DNA of 64,000 nt from an uncultured bacterium (GTDB lineage: Bacteria > Latescibacterota > MWCZ01): positions 31,805 to 95,804 of the forward strand of contig CAZEAI010000003.1 of the NCBI GenBank assembly GCA_964510105.1, given 5' to 3'. Position numbers and translations under genes: made by a program. The notes beneath the pieces were generated by a model that saw only the letters and a program-made list of their open reading frames with translations, made no database searches and was not told where the DNA came from. Of the stretch, positions 16,972 to 25,831 are shown one piece after another (within the stretch, counting starts at the first letter, position 1; the number at the start of each line of letters is the position of its first letter).

Positions 16972-17964
16972 ATGTCCGGCCCACTCTCCGAATCCACTGA
17001 ACTCGCAGGAGCGTCGTTCCATCCCATCGCACGCACCGATGTGGGGCGGCTGGTGCGCGCCGCTTCAGCCGCACAGACCTGGCTCTGGGCGGCGTACGGC
17101 CCATTCCTTGTCAGCTACGGACGTTCGCCCTCGCGCGCGGTGCTCATTGGTGAGATGGACGACGCGCTGGTCGTGCTGTTGCGGCGACGCATCCGCGGAC
17201 AGGGCCACGTCGATCTCATTGTCCCGCCGCTCGCCGCAGAGCCGCTCCCGGCTCTCACCCGCATCACCGATGCGCTCGCCGCGCACAATGGCGGTGAGCT
17301 GGAAACGCGGCTGCTCTGGGCGGACCTGCCCGCCGCCGCACTGCTGGCGGACAAGCCGGGCTGGCGCGTGACGCCGTACGAGCGCGAGTACCTGTACGAC
17401 CGCGACGCCGTGCTCGCCATGAGCGGGGGCGCGTTCCGGACCCTTCGCAAGCGCGTCAACCGGTGCGAGCGCGAAGCGTTCCCGCTCGTGCGCGACTACA
17501 CCGCCGCCGTCAGCGACGGTCGCACCGACCGCGACGCGTGCGCGGATCTGTTACGCGAGTGGCAGGACGTCCGCGAGCCTGTCGTCGAGCCGGTGTTCGA
17601 CTTCGGCTACACCATGGCCGCGTTGGACGTAGCGACGGAGATCGGCCCTCCGCACCTGACCGGGATCGTCGTCGAGGTCGACGCGCGGGTGCGGGCGTTC
17701 GCGTTCGGAGGCGTGCTGCGGGATGACGTCGCGTGCTTCTTCATCCTGAAGAGCGATCCGACGATTCACGGTCTCGCCGAGTTCGCGCGCGTGGGGCTCA
17801 TGCGACGTCTCGACGGCTGCCGGTACGTGAACGACGCCGGCGATCTCGGCCACGAGGGATTGGCGCGGCACAAGAGCGCGTTCCGCCCGGTGGGGTTCGT
17901 GCCGACGTGGAAGATGGGGTATTCCTGCGGGTGTCGCCCCGACACTCCGCAGGCTAACTCCTGA
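16972..17964 (+). CDS. DUF2156-like protein (MprF C-terminal aminoacyl-transferase-like fold), tentative
   Basis: About 330 aa. Segments (GGAFRTLRKRVNRCERE; FFILKSDPTIHGLAEF...HKSAFRP) resemble the DUF2156/LPG-synthase C-domain. Assigned from memory of family features. Confidence 0.4.
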   Translation: MSGPLSESTELAGASFHPIARTDVGRLVRAASAAQTWLWAAYGPFLVSYGRSPSRAVLIGEMDDALVVLLRRRIRGQGHVDLIVPPLAAEPLPALTRITDALAAHNGGELETRLLWADLPAAALLADKPGWRVTPYEREYLYDRDAVLAMSGGAFRTLRKRVNRCEREAFPLVRDYTAAVSDGRTDRDACADLLREWQDVREPVVEPVFDFGYTMAALDVATEIGPPHLTGIVVEVDARVRAFAFGGVLRDDVACFFILKSDPTIHGLAEFARVGLMRRLDGCRYVNDAGDLGHEGLARHKSAFRPVGFVPTWKMGYSCGCRPDTPQANS

Positions 17965-18373
17965 CGAAGAAGGCGCCAAGGGATGACACTACGACCGCTT
18001 GGGCCACCGCCAGACGAACACCGTATTCACGCATGACATCGAGAGACTGAACTGGCGCGAAGGCTTTCGACACGACGATGGCACCGACGAATAGCAAGTA
18101 TGCTAGCGACAGCACCAATGCTACCCAGAATAGGTACGAATTCACCTGCTTCCTCTGCTTCCTACGGTCTTGGAGATCTACGACCACAGCGCTTACCGTG
18201 AGGCTAAGCGTCGGCAGGATCGTCGCCAGCAACCAGTCCCACGCCTCCTCTGTTCTCTCGCCGTAGTGTCCTAGGTAGGTTCGCGTGAGTACAAGGGTCG
18301 CCAGCAGCAGGGCACCAACCAGCCAGGTTGTGACAAGGCGTTTCTCGCACTCTACTACGGGACGTTGTGCCAT
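17954..18373 (-). CDS. hypothetical small membrane protein (3-4 TM), third gene of the low-GC island operon
   Basis: ATG at 18373 (MAQRPVVE...). Hydrophobic helices TWLVGALLLATLVLT, LLATILPTLSLTVSAVVV, LFWVALVLSLAYLLFVGAIVV. Lower GC than its surroundings. Confidence 0.4.
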   Translation of the reverse strand: MAQRPVVECEKRLVTTWLVGALLLATLVLTRTYLGHYGERTEEAWDWLLATILPTLSLTVSAVVVDLQDRRKQRKQVNSYLFWVALVLSLAYLLFVGAIVVSKAFAPVQSLDVMREYGVRLAVAQAVVVSSLGAFFVRS

Positions 18374-18377
18374 CGCA

Positions 18378-19052
18378 TCACTCCATGAATGACCAGAGCC
18401 CAGCTCTCCGCAGATGGGTTCTTGCGGTGTAGTGGCTCGCAACCAACGCAGGTGTCTCGCCCGAAGGTGGCCTGCGGAAAACATAGACAAGAGCTACGCA
18501 TGCATGCTCCTCCGTGTACCTCTCGCTGGCGATAGTCCGCGGCAGTCTATTCAACCCTCCGTCAGACCATGATCCTGCCCTATCATACGACACCGGTGTT
18601 CGCTCTTGTGAGAAGGCATCCGAGGTCACGGCAAACACGAGGACACGGTAGTACCCGTTTGTCGCCGAGAAGAGTGCCCTGATATAATCCATCAGGGAGA
18701 AATCGTCATCTGACATGGGTGAGAGGTGCCATCGCTCGGGCTCGGGCTTTTTCGACGCATCCCCTCCGATTCTCTCCATTGGAGTCACAAGCGCGAATCC
18801 GCCCGGTACAATGTAGTAGTTGGCGCTGAAATACCCTGCGCCTTTCAGAGCGCCACGTAGCGCATCATCCACGTCCGACAATCGACAGTGGCTGCCGATG
18901 GAGGATCTGACGCTATCCAGCGTGACCGTTGCCACAGCGGACGCTACCGGCGGGGGCCAAGGGAATCTAGGGTATGGCCGGGCTTCGGTAGGCGAAGTAG
19001 CAGGCGGTTGGGGCTGCGCCATGCTAACATCCTCAGACACAGTATCGGGCAC
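18378..19052 (-). CDS. hypothetical protein, second gene of the low-GC island operon
   Basis: Intact 224-aa ORF 21 bp downstream of the DUF4062 gene and 5 bp upstream of the membrane-protein gene. No recognised domain. Confidence 0.4.
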   Translation of the reverse strand: MPDTVSEDVSMAQPQPPATSPTEARPYPRFPWPPPVASAVATVTLDSVRSSIGSHCRLSDVDDALRGALKGAGYFSANYYIVPGGFALVTPMERIGGDASKKPEPERWHLSPMSDDDFSLMDYIRALFSATNGYYRVLVFAVTSDAFSQERTPVSYDRAGSWSDGGLNRLPRTIASERYTEEHACVALVYVFRRPPSGETPALVASHYTARTHLRRAGLWSFME

Positions 19053-19073
19053 TTGCCCAGCAACGGGCGCAGA

Positions 19074-19838
19074 CTAGCGTGGACGGTACTGCCGACATGT
19101 CCTGAATAGCAGGACCCCACTCAGGATCGCCGCAGCAGCGACAGCGAAGAGGATTCCTGACCATCTCACTCGCCCCTCTTCGTACCACTCCCAGAACCAC
19201 ACAAGCAAGGCAGCTAGCACCGCCGCGCTCACCCAAAGCGCCGACATAGGCGCGCGCGCCCAGATGGCAAGAGCGATCGCTGCGGCGACGAGGACGGATA
19301 GAAGCGGGACGAGGACGTGTAGTAAGAGGACCGAGCGACGTGGGTCACAGACGGTCGCCCTCACCGTCCGTAGACGGCTCTGCTCCCAGTTGTGCAATGC
19401 TCGTGTAACTCGGCGCGAGAGATCGTCTGGTGTGCTGAACGCCTCACGAATCGACTCCCTGCTCACGCGGTTCCTGAAGGCACGTTGGCGGGCGCGGTAC
19501 TCGTCTGCTTCGACAAGCCCAGGTGGCATCGGGAAATCTTCGGGAGCAAGGAACATGAGGCGCGGAATACCAGCCGCGATAGCTTCATCATGTTCCCGTT
19601 CGGCATACGACGTTTCACTTCCGGCCGGGATGGCTCCGTACGTGTGGCCCAACACCCCAACGAATACGTCGCAGCCTGAGACGGCGGCATGATCGAACTC
19701 AGCAGCCCCCTGATCACGGGCACCGAAGTCCTCCATGCGTACACAGTGGTATCCGTCTATTCCCTCGATAGCAGCATAGACGGCCTCGCGGTACGCCGTG
19801 AGGTCGCGACCGGTGGAACTGAGGAAGACTGTCGTCAT
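19074..19838 (-). CDS. DUF4062 (TIR/nucleoside-deoxyribosyltransferase-clan) domain protein with three C-terminal transmembrane helices
   Basis: The N-terminus matches DUF4062 closely: TVFLSSTGRDLTAYREAVYAAIEGIDGYHCVRMEDFGARDQG...CDVFVGVLGHTYGAIPAGSETSYAEREHDEAIAAGIPRLMFL. ATG 19838 is preceded by AAGGAG at about 8 nt. The C-terminus carries three TM helices. Confidence 0.6.
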   Translation of the reverse strand: MTTVFLSSTGRDLTAYREAVYAAIEGIDGYHCVRMEDFGARDQGAAEFDHAAVSGCDVFVGVLGHTYGAIPAGSETSYAEREHDEAIAAGIPRLMFLAPEDFPMPPGLVEADEYRARQRAFRNRVSRESIREAFSTPDDLSRRVTRALHNWEQSRLRTVRATVCDPRRSVLLLHVLVPLLSVLVAAAIALAIWARAPMSALWVSAAVLAALLVWFWEWYEEGRVRWSGILFAVAAAAILSGVLLFRTCRQYRPR

Positions 19839-20002
19839 GTCCGGCTCCTTCACACATTTCCTTACCACGATTGTATCGCACGACGGATCGCGGAACAAGC
19901 CGTCACTCCACGTTCCGTCACACTTCTTTCGTATTGCCCCTCCCATCCCCCACCGTACCTTCTCTCCCCGTCCCTTCGCCACGCCTCGCACGGAGCCCGA
20001 CT

Positions 20003-21733
20003 ATGCCCGACACCCCGCGTCCCGAACACCCGCGTCCCGACCTGACACGCGACCGCTGGATCAACCTGAACGGCCGGTGGGAATTCGAACTCGACCCCGG
20101 CCTGTCAGGCGTCGCGCGCGGCCTGCCAGACGCTGCGCGTCTGGTAAGCGAGATCATCGTGCCGTTCTGCCCGGAGTCGCGGCTCAGCGGCGTGGAGAAC
20201 ACCGACTTCATGCCCGGCGTCTGGTACCGACGCACGTTCACCGTGCCGGAGGAGTGGAGCGAGATGCGTGTCATGCTGCGCTTCGAGGCGGTGGACTACC
20301 TCACGCAGGCATGGGTGAACGGGCAACACGTCGGGACGCATCGCGGCGGGTACACGCCGTTCGGATTCGACATCACGAGCGCACTCAAGCGCGGTGAGAA
20401 CGTGCTGATGGTCTTCGCGCAGGACGACACGCGGTCGCCGCTCCAGCCGTCGGGCAAGCAGTCGGAGCGGTACGAGTCGCACGGGTGCCACTACACGCGG
20501 ACGACGGGCATCTGGCAGACGGTATGGCTCGAGGCGGTGCCCGCTGCGCACGTCGAGCGGCTGCGCATCGTGCCGGTACCGGAGGCGGGCGTGATGCGGG
20601 TGGATGTCCACGCGGCGGGCGCGGCGTCGGGCGGCGAGGTGCGTCTGCACGTGCAGGCCGAGGGCGAGACGGTCGCGGACGTCACGGGGCGAATGCAGGG
20701 CGGTGTCGCGCTCATGGGATGCCATGTGCCTGACGTCCACTTGTGGACGCCGGAAGACCCGTTCCTCTACGACGTTGCGGTCACGCTCACGGGGCGAGAC
20801 GGCACGCGCGATGAAGTCCGCAGCTACGCAGGCATGCGCGACCTCGGCATCGACGGTCCCGCGCTGCTGCTCAACGGGAAGCCGAAGTTCCAGCGGCTCG
20901 TGCTCGATCAGGGCTTCTACCCCGAAGGCATCTACACCGCGCCCACCGACGACGACCTGCGCAACGACATCGAGATATCGAAGGGTCTCGGCTTCGATGG
21001 CGCGCGCCTGCACATGCGGGTGTTCGAGCGGCGCACGCTCTACTGGGCGGACAAGCTCGGATACCTCGTCTGGGACGAGTTCCCGAACTGGGGTCTCGAC
21101 TTGCGCGATCCCGCCGCGCTGGCCCGCGTTCACGAGGAATGGTCGGAGGTGCTGGAGCGCGACATGAATCACCCGTCGATCGTCGGGTGGTGCCCGTTCA
21201 ACGAGACGGCGACTAGTCAGGACCCCGACACGCTCCGCGCGATCTACCGCGCGACGAAGCTCGCCGATCCGACGCGTCCCTGCATCGATACGTCGGGCTA
21301 CGTGCACACGGAGTCGACCGACGTTTACGACTGCCACTGTTACGAGCAGGACGTGCAGAAATTCGCCGAGCGCTTCGAGGCCATGTCCGACGGCGGCGAC
21401 GCATGGTACAACTTCCCCGAGAACGACGTGCCGTGGCAGGGCCAGCCGTATTTCGTCAGCGAGTACGGCGGCATCTGGTGGAACCCCGGGCAGGCGGGCG
21501 ATGCAGACTGGGGATACGGCGAGCGCCCGAGGTCGGCGCAGGAGTTCATCGAGCGTTACCGGGGCCTCTCCGAGGCGTTGCTGCGGCATCCGAAGATGTG
21601 CGGCTTCTGCTACACGCAGCTCACCGACGTGGAGCAGGAGGTAAACGGCCTGTATACGTACGACCGGAAGCCCAAGTTCGACCCGGCGATCATTCGGGAG
21701 ATCAACCAGCAACCGGCGGCGATCGAGGCGTAA
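20003..21733 (+). CDS. glycoside hydrolase family 2 (third GH2 in the window)
   Basis: WINLNGRWEF N-terminus, GH2 core (GGYTPFGFDIT, MRDLGIDGPALLLNGKP, FNETATS). The internal ATG at 20003 (MPDTPRPEH) is chosen over the 19871 extension. Confidence 0.75.
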   Translation: MPDTPRPEHPRPDLTRDRWINLNGRWEFELDPGLSGVARGLPDAARLVSEIIVPFCPESRLSGVENTDFMPGVWYRRTFTVPEEWSEMRVMLRFEAVDYLTQAWVNGQHVGTHRGGYTPFGFDITSALKRGENVLMVFAQDDTRSPLQPSGKQSERYESHGCHYTRTTGIWQTVWLEAVPAAHVERLRIVPVPEAGVMRVDVHAAGAASGGEVRLHVQAEGETVADVTGRMQGGVALMGCHVPDVHLWTPEDPFLYDVAVTLTGRDGTRDEVRSYAGMRDLGIDGPALLLNGKPKFQRLVLDQGFYPEGIYTAPTDDDLRNDIEISKGLGFDGARLHMRVFERRTLYWADKLGYLVWDEFPNWGLDLRDPAALARVHEEWSEVLERDMNHPSIVGWCPFNETATSQDPDTLRAIYRATKLADPTRPCIDTSGYVHTESTDVYDCHCYEQDVQKFAERFEAMSDGGDAWYNFPENDVPWQGQPYFVSEYGGIWWNPGQAGDADWGYGERPRSAQEFIERYRGLSEALLRHPKMCGFCYTQLTDVEQEVNGLYTYDRKPKFDPAIIREINQQPAAIEA

Positions 21734-21744
21734 GAGTCGTAGGG

Positions 21745-21826
21745 GCGAGCGGCGCTCGCCCGGTAACAGGATCCGCGCCACCGTCCCGTCTCGGTGTCCG
21801 GTAGGGGCAGGCCCCCGTGCCTGCCC
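21745..21826. terminator. two GC-rich hairpins between the convergent GH2 and priA genes (probable bidirectional terminators)
   Basis: GGGCGAGCG-GCG-CTCGCCC at about 21745-21766 and GGGCAGGC-ccccgt-GCCTGCCC at about 21803-21826. Confidence 0.4.
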
Positions 21827-21852
21827 TGGAATGCCACACGGCCTCCACGCCT

Positions 21853-24309
21853 CTACAATAACGTCATCGGGTCGACGTCGACTGCGAGATGGACGTTGCG
21901 CGCGTGCGGGAGCTTCACGTAGCGCAGCTTCAACTCACGCGCGACTGTGCGCAACGAGCCACCCGACGCCCCCTTCAGCAGAACGTGCTGGCGCCAGTGA
22001 TTCTTGATCCGCGCAAGCGGCGCCTCCGTCGGGCCGAGCACCTCGACATTCGCCGGCGCGAGTCTGCGGGCGATGTTCCCGATCTGCTCCGCCGCGGCGA
22101 TCGTCTTATCCTGATCGGTGCCCTTGAGCAGGCATTGCACGAGCTTCCCAAATGGGGGATTTCCAAGCTCCTCGCGCTCGGCGAGCTCCGCCCGAGCAAA
22201 CGTCGCCACGTCGTGATTCCGGGCCGCCTGTACCACCGGGTGCTCGGGCTGGTACGTCTGGATCACGACTTCGCCGGGCTGCGAGCCGCGCCCCGTCCTG
22301 CCGGCGACCTGGGTGAGAAGCTGGAACGTGCGCTCAGCGGCGCGGAAGTCCGGCATCCACAGGCCGATATCCGCCGATATCACGCCAACGAGGGTCACGT
22401 CTGGAAAATCGAGCCCTTTCGACACCATCTGCGTGCCGAGCAGGATCGACGCGTTGCGCTGCCGGAACTGCTCCAGCAACCGGTGGTGAGCACCCTTGAG
22501 ACGAGTGGTATCCTGGTCCATGCGGATCAGCGGCGTATCGGGGAACGCCCGGGTGATCTCGTCCTGCACCTTCTGCGTACCGGACCCACCGTATTTCAGC
22601 CCTTGCTCGCCGCAGTCGGGACACGCCGCCGGAATGCGCTGCGTATCGCCGCAGTAGTGGCATTTCAGCCGCTCATCGGATTGGTGATACGTCATCGTCA
22701 CTTTGCAGTTGCGACACTCTACGGCCTTGCCACAGTCCGGACCCCGGCACTGTACCACCGGTGAGAATCCACGGCGATTCTGCAGAATGACCACCTGCTC
22801 GTCCCGGTCGAGGCGCTCTCTGAGTTCAGCGCGCAGCGTCCTCGACAGGCTCGACCAGTTCTGCGTATCTCGCTCGTGGCGCATGTCCACGATCTCCACG
22901 CGGGGCATGGCGCGCCCATCGACGCGTGACGGCAACTCAACGAGCGCATATTTGCCCTGCTTCGCGTTCTCAAGCGACTCCATCGACGGCGTTGCGGTAC
23001 CGAGGACCACTACCGCGTTGGCGTGCTGAGCGCGCACAACCGCAACATCCCGGGCGTGGTAACGCGGGTCGGGCTCGTCCTGCTTGTAGCTGCCGTCGTG
23101 CTCCTCGTCAACAACGATTAGTCGCACGTCGCGTACCGGCGCGAAGACGGCTGAGCGCGGCCCGACCGCCACGCGCTTCTTCCCGGAGTGGAGCTGACGC
23201 CAGGCGTCGTACCGTTCACCGACGGATAGCTGACTGTGGATCACCGCGACTTCGTCTCCGAAGCGGGCCTTGAATCGCCGCGTCGTTTGCGGAGTAAGCG
23301 AGATCTCCGGCACCAGAACGATTGCGCCGCCACCGTCGGCGATAGCACGCTCGATGGCGTCGAGGTAGACGCGCGTCTTCCCGCTGCCGGTAACGCCATG
23401 GACGAGCACCGCGGAGTAGGCGCCCGCGTCGAGATGCGATTCGATGAGCGACAGGGCGCTACTCTGATCCGACGTAAGTTCGTGGTCGATTTCGGGCTCG
23501 GCGGGGCCCATGTCGGGTTCACGAACAACTTCCCGCTCCTCGATCTGGACCACGTGACGGCGCTCCAGACGCCGGATGGTATCGCCGGAAATGCCCCACG
23601 CCCGCCGTATCAGCCCTGCCGGCACGGCATCGCCGGCAGAACGCAACGCGTCGATGAGCCGGCGTTGCTCGGGGCCGAGCCGCTGTTCGTCCTCGTCGGC
23701 GCCCGGGATGAGACGAACGGTCTTCTCGATCTTGATGGCGGGATCGATGTCCGGCGCCTCATCGCGCACCTCAACCCGTCCGTCGCTCTCCAACGCGCTC
23801 AGAGCAGATCGGAACCCGGCTCCGCCGTAAACCTTCCGGAGCTGCTCCAGCGTGATTTCACCGCGCTCCGCGACAAGCCGCAGGAGCTTCGCCTGTGCCG
23901 GAGCCCGACCCGCGAGGATCGACGCGACGGCAAACGGCGCCGGGTCGGTCGGACGCACTATCCAACGACTCTTCTGCGTGATCCCCTGAGGGAGCGCCGC
24001 GCGAAGGGCCTCGCCCCAGCTACTCAGGTAGTAGCCGGCCACCCATTTCGTGAGTCGAAGCATCTCCGAATCGAATACGGGTTCGGGGTCCGGCAGGTCA
24101 CGCACGGGGCGGGTCTTGAAGCGAACCGGATTCCGGGCGGGGTCGCGTTCGCCGACGATCACTCCGGTAAGATGCTCTCGCTTGAAGGGTACGATGGCGC
24201 GCATGCCCGGCTCGATCGCGTCGTGAAATTCCGGAGGTACGTGGTAGGTGAAGAGGTCGTCGATGGGGAGTGGTAGCGCCACGTCTATGAGACGAGGCTT
24301 GTCAGTCAT
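21853..24309 (-). CDS. priA: primosomal protein N' (PriA helicase)
   Basis: MTDKPRLIDVALPLP N-terminus, Walker A (HGVTGSGKT), DEEH box, Cys-rich zinc-binding insert (CRNCKVTMTYHQSDERLKCHYCG...CPDCG). The ORF-track N-extension to 24873 is rejected. Confidence 0.85.
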   Translation of the reverse strand: MTDKPRLIDVALPLPIDDLFTYHVPPEFHDAIEPGMRAIVPFKREHLTGVIVGERDPARNPVRFKTRPVRDLPDPEPVFDSEMLRLTKWVAGYYLSSWGEALRAALPQGITQKSRWIVRPTDPAPFAVASILAGRAPAQAKLLRLVAERGEITLEQLRKVYGGAGFRSALSALESDGRVEVRDEAPDIDPAIKIEKTVRLIPGADEDEQRLGPEQRRLIDALRSAGDAVPAGLIRRAWGISGDTIRRLERRHVVQIEEREVVREPDMGPAEPEIDHELTSDQSSALSLIESHLDAGAYSAVLVHGVTGSGKTRVYLDAIERAIADGGGAIVLVPEISLTPQTTRRFKARFGDEVAVIHSQLSVGERYDAWRQLHSGKKRVAVGPRSAVFAPVRDVRLIVVDEEHDGSYKQDEPDPRYHARDVAVVRAQHANAVVVLGTATPSMESLENAKQGKYALVELPSRVDGRAMPRVEIVDMRHERDTQNWSSLSRTLRAELRERLDRDEQVVILQNRRGFSPVVQCRGPDCGKAVECRNCKVTMTYHQSDERLKCHYCGDTQRIPAACPDCGEQGLKYGGSGTQKVQDEITRAFPDTPLIRMDQDTTRLKGAHHRLLEQFRQRNASILLGTQMVSKGLDFPDVTLVGVISADIGLWMPDFRAAERTFQLLTQVAGRTGRGSQPGEVVIQTYQPEHPVVQAARNHDVATFARAELAEREELGNPPFGKLVQCLLKGTDQDKTIAAAEQIGNIARRLAPANVEVLGPTEAPLARIKNHWRQHVLLKGASGGSLRTVARELKLRYVKLPHARNVHLAVDVDPMTLL

Positions 24310-25247
24310 CTGCCGATGACTCCCGACGGACCGATCAGAAAGACGCTCACATTGCGCCCTGCCTGGCCGGGAACGTCGAGCGTGTCGCCGTCCAGCGACA
24401 TGGCCACAGCCCAATGCCGTCCGAGTGTGACCTGGACCGTGTCGGAAAGGACCCATTCCCGCCGTCCACCCGGAGGCAGGAACGAGTCGTACCGCACATC
24501 CTCGGTAAGAGCGTCGACCATCTGAATCCAGACGGAATCCCGCGCGGCAACGGCGAATCTGGCAACCTTGATCGCAGCCGGTGTGGTCGATGGTGGACTC
24601 CACGCGCCAGGCGGCGGGGGAGGCGGCGCCTCTTTCCGCTCGCGCAGCTCCGGCTCGCCCTCCAGTCCCGGATTTGGCGTGTCTATTGTATCGACCCTTC
24701 CCGTCACGGAGTCGGTCGAGACAACGATCGCCGGGAGCGGCAACGATTCGGAAGGCGCCGCTCCGACCAGTTCGGGCTCCGGCGCATCGGAGACGAACCA
24801 GCTCCACGGCTCGGTCGTCCAGAGTACGCCGAGAGCGACAATGGCGACGAGCACGCGACCGATTGTCCGCCACGGAATGCGGATGCGGCTCGGAATCGGA
24901 ATCGCGTGAACATCCTCCCCTTCCTCGGGCTCCTCCACGACGGCCTTCGGTTCGGGAAAGACGTCCTCGACTTCCTCCATGGGAACTCCGACCGCTTTCG
25001 CGTACGTCTTCAGGAACGCTCGGACGAAGGGCGTTTCGACGATGCCGAAGTCGCCGTGCTCCAAGCCGACAACCACATGCAAGCTGATCCGGGTCCGATC
25101 GGAGAGGTCTTCGGCGGACCAGCCCTTCTCTTCGCGCGCCTCCCGCAGATGCCCGACGAGCACCAACGCGCGATCTTCATCGTGGGAGTATTCGGGGGCG
25201 GGGAGACCCTCCGCGCCTACCGACTCGTCATCATATGGCGAAGACAT
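24306..25247 (-). CDS. RodZ-like helix-turn-helix membrane protein (HTH_25 + DUF4115-like C-terminal domain)
   Basis: N-terminal HTH (EAREEKGWSAEDLSDRTRISLHVVVGLE), single TM (VLVAIVALGVLW), Pro-rich linker, C-terminal DUF4115-like segment. 4-bp overlap with the priA start. Confidence 0.55.
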   Translation of the reverse strand: MSSPYDDESVGAEGLPAPEYSHDEDRALVLVGHLREAREEKGWSAEDLSDRTRISLHVVVGLEHGDFGIVETPFVRAFLKTYAKAVGVPMEEVEDVFPEPKAVVEEPEEGEDVHAIPIPSRIRIPWRTIGRVLVAIVALGVLWTTEPWSWFVSDAPEPELVGAAPSESLPLPAIVVSTDSVTGRVDTIDTPNPGLEGEPELRERKEAPPPPPPGAWSPPSTTPAAIKVARFAVAARDSVWIQMVDALTEDVRYDSFLPPGGRREWVLSDTVQVTLGRHWAVAMSLDGDTLDVPGQAGRNVSVFLIGPSGVIGR

Positions 25248-25831
25248 TCAATCACCCTGTGTATGGGTAGTCCCACGACGTTGAAGTAGCAGCCTTCCAC
25301 ACGCGTAACCAGTCCGGCGCCATACCCCTGGATACCATAGGCACCGGCCTTATCATGCGGCTCGCCGGTAGCGATATAGGCACCAATCTCGGCGTCCGTC
25401 GCGCGCCGCATGGTCACTCGCGTCGACTCGCTGGCGGTCATTTCGCCGGCGGCGCCGCCGTCTCGAATCGCAATGCCCGTCACAACGTCGTGCGATCGTC
25501 CGCCCAGCCGACGCAGCATGCGAAAGGCCTCGTCGTCGTCGGCCGGCTTGCCGAGGGTCTCCCCATCGACGACAACCATCGTGTCGGCGCCCAGGATCAC
25601 CGCGTCCTGGTGGTGCTCATGCGCCGCCAGTGCCTTGCGTAGCGCCAACATCTCGACGGCTTCACGAGGAGCCGCACCCGGCGGAGGGCGTTCGTCGGTA
25701 TCCTGCGGGCTCTGTATGAATCTCAGCCCGATCTGTTCGAGAAGCTCGATCCGCCTCGGCGACCGCGACGCCAGCACGAGCGGCTCAGGCTGCCCCTCGG
25801 GGAACCATGGCGACGCTGGACGTCCGAGCAT
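25217..25831 (-). CDS. maf: Maf family nucleoside-triphosphate pyrophosphatase / septum formation protein
   Basis: LVLASRSPRRIELLEQIG ... ILGADTMVVVDGETLGKP ... GAYGIQGYGAGLV motifs. Confidence 0.8.
   Translation of the reverse strand: MLGRPASPWFPEGQPEPLVLASRSPRRIELLEQIGLRFIQSPQDTDERPPPGAAPREAVEMLALRKALAAHEHHQDAVILGADTMVVVDGETLGKPADDDEAFRMLRRLGGRSHDVVTGIAIRDGGAAGEMTASESTRVTMRRATDAEIGAYIATGEPHDKAGAYGIQGYGAGLVTRVEGCYFNVVGLPIHRVIECLRHMMTSR

Noticed and set aside
20105-21781. 558-aa minus-strand ORF
   Set aside because: Antisense to the GH2 gene at 20003..21733. Arg/Ala/Pro-rich composition is typical of spurious GC-rich frames.
21889-23029. Plus-strand ORFs of 291 aa and 108 aa inside the priA region
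   Set aside because: Antisense to priA, which has canonical helicase motifs. There is no independent support.
24310-24873. 188-aa N-terminal extension of priA
   Set aside because: The extension overlaps the RodZ-like gene. The conserved PriA N-terminus (MTDKPRLIDVALPLP) starts at the internal ATG 24309.
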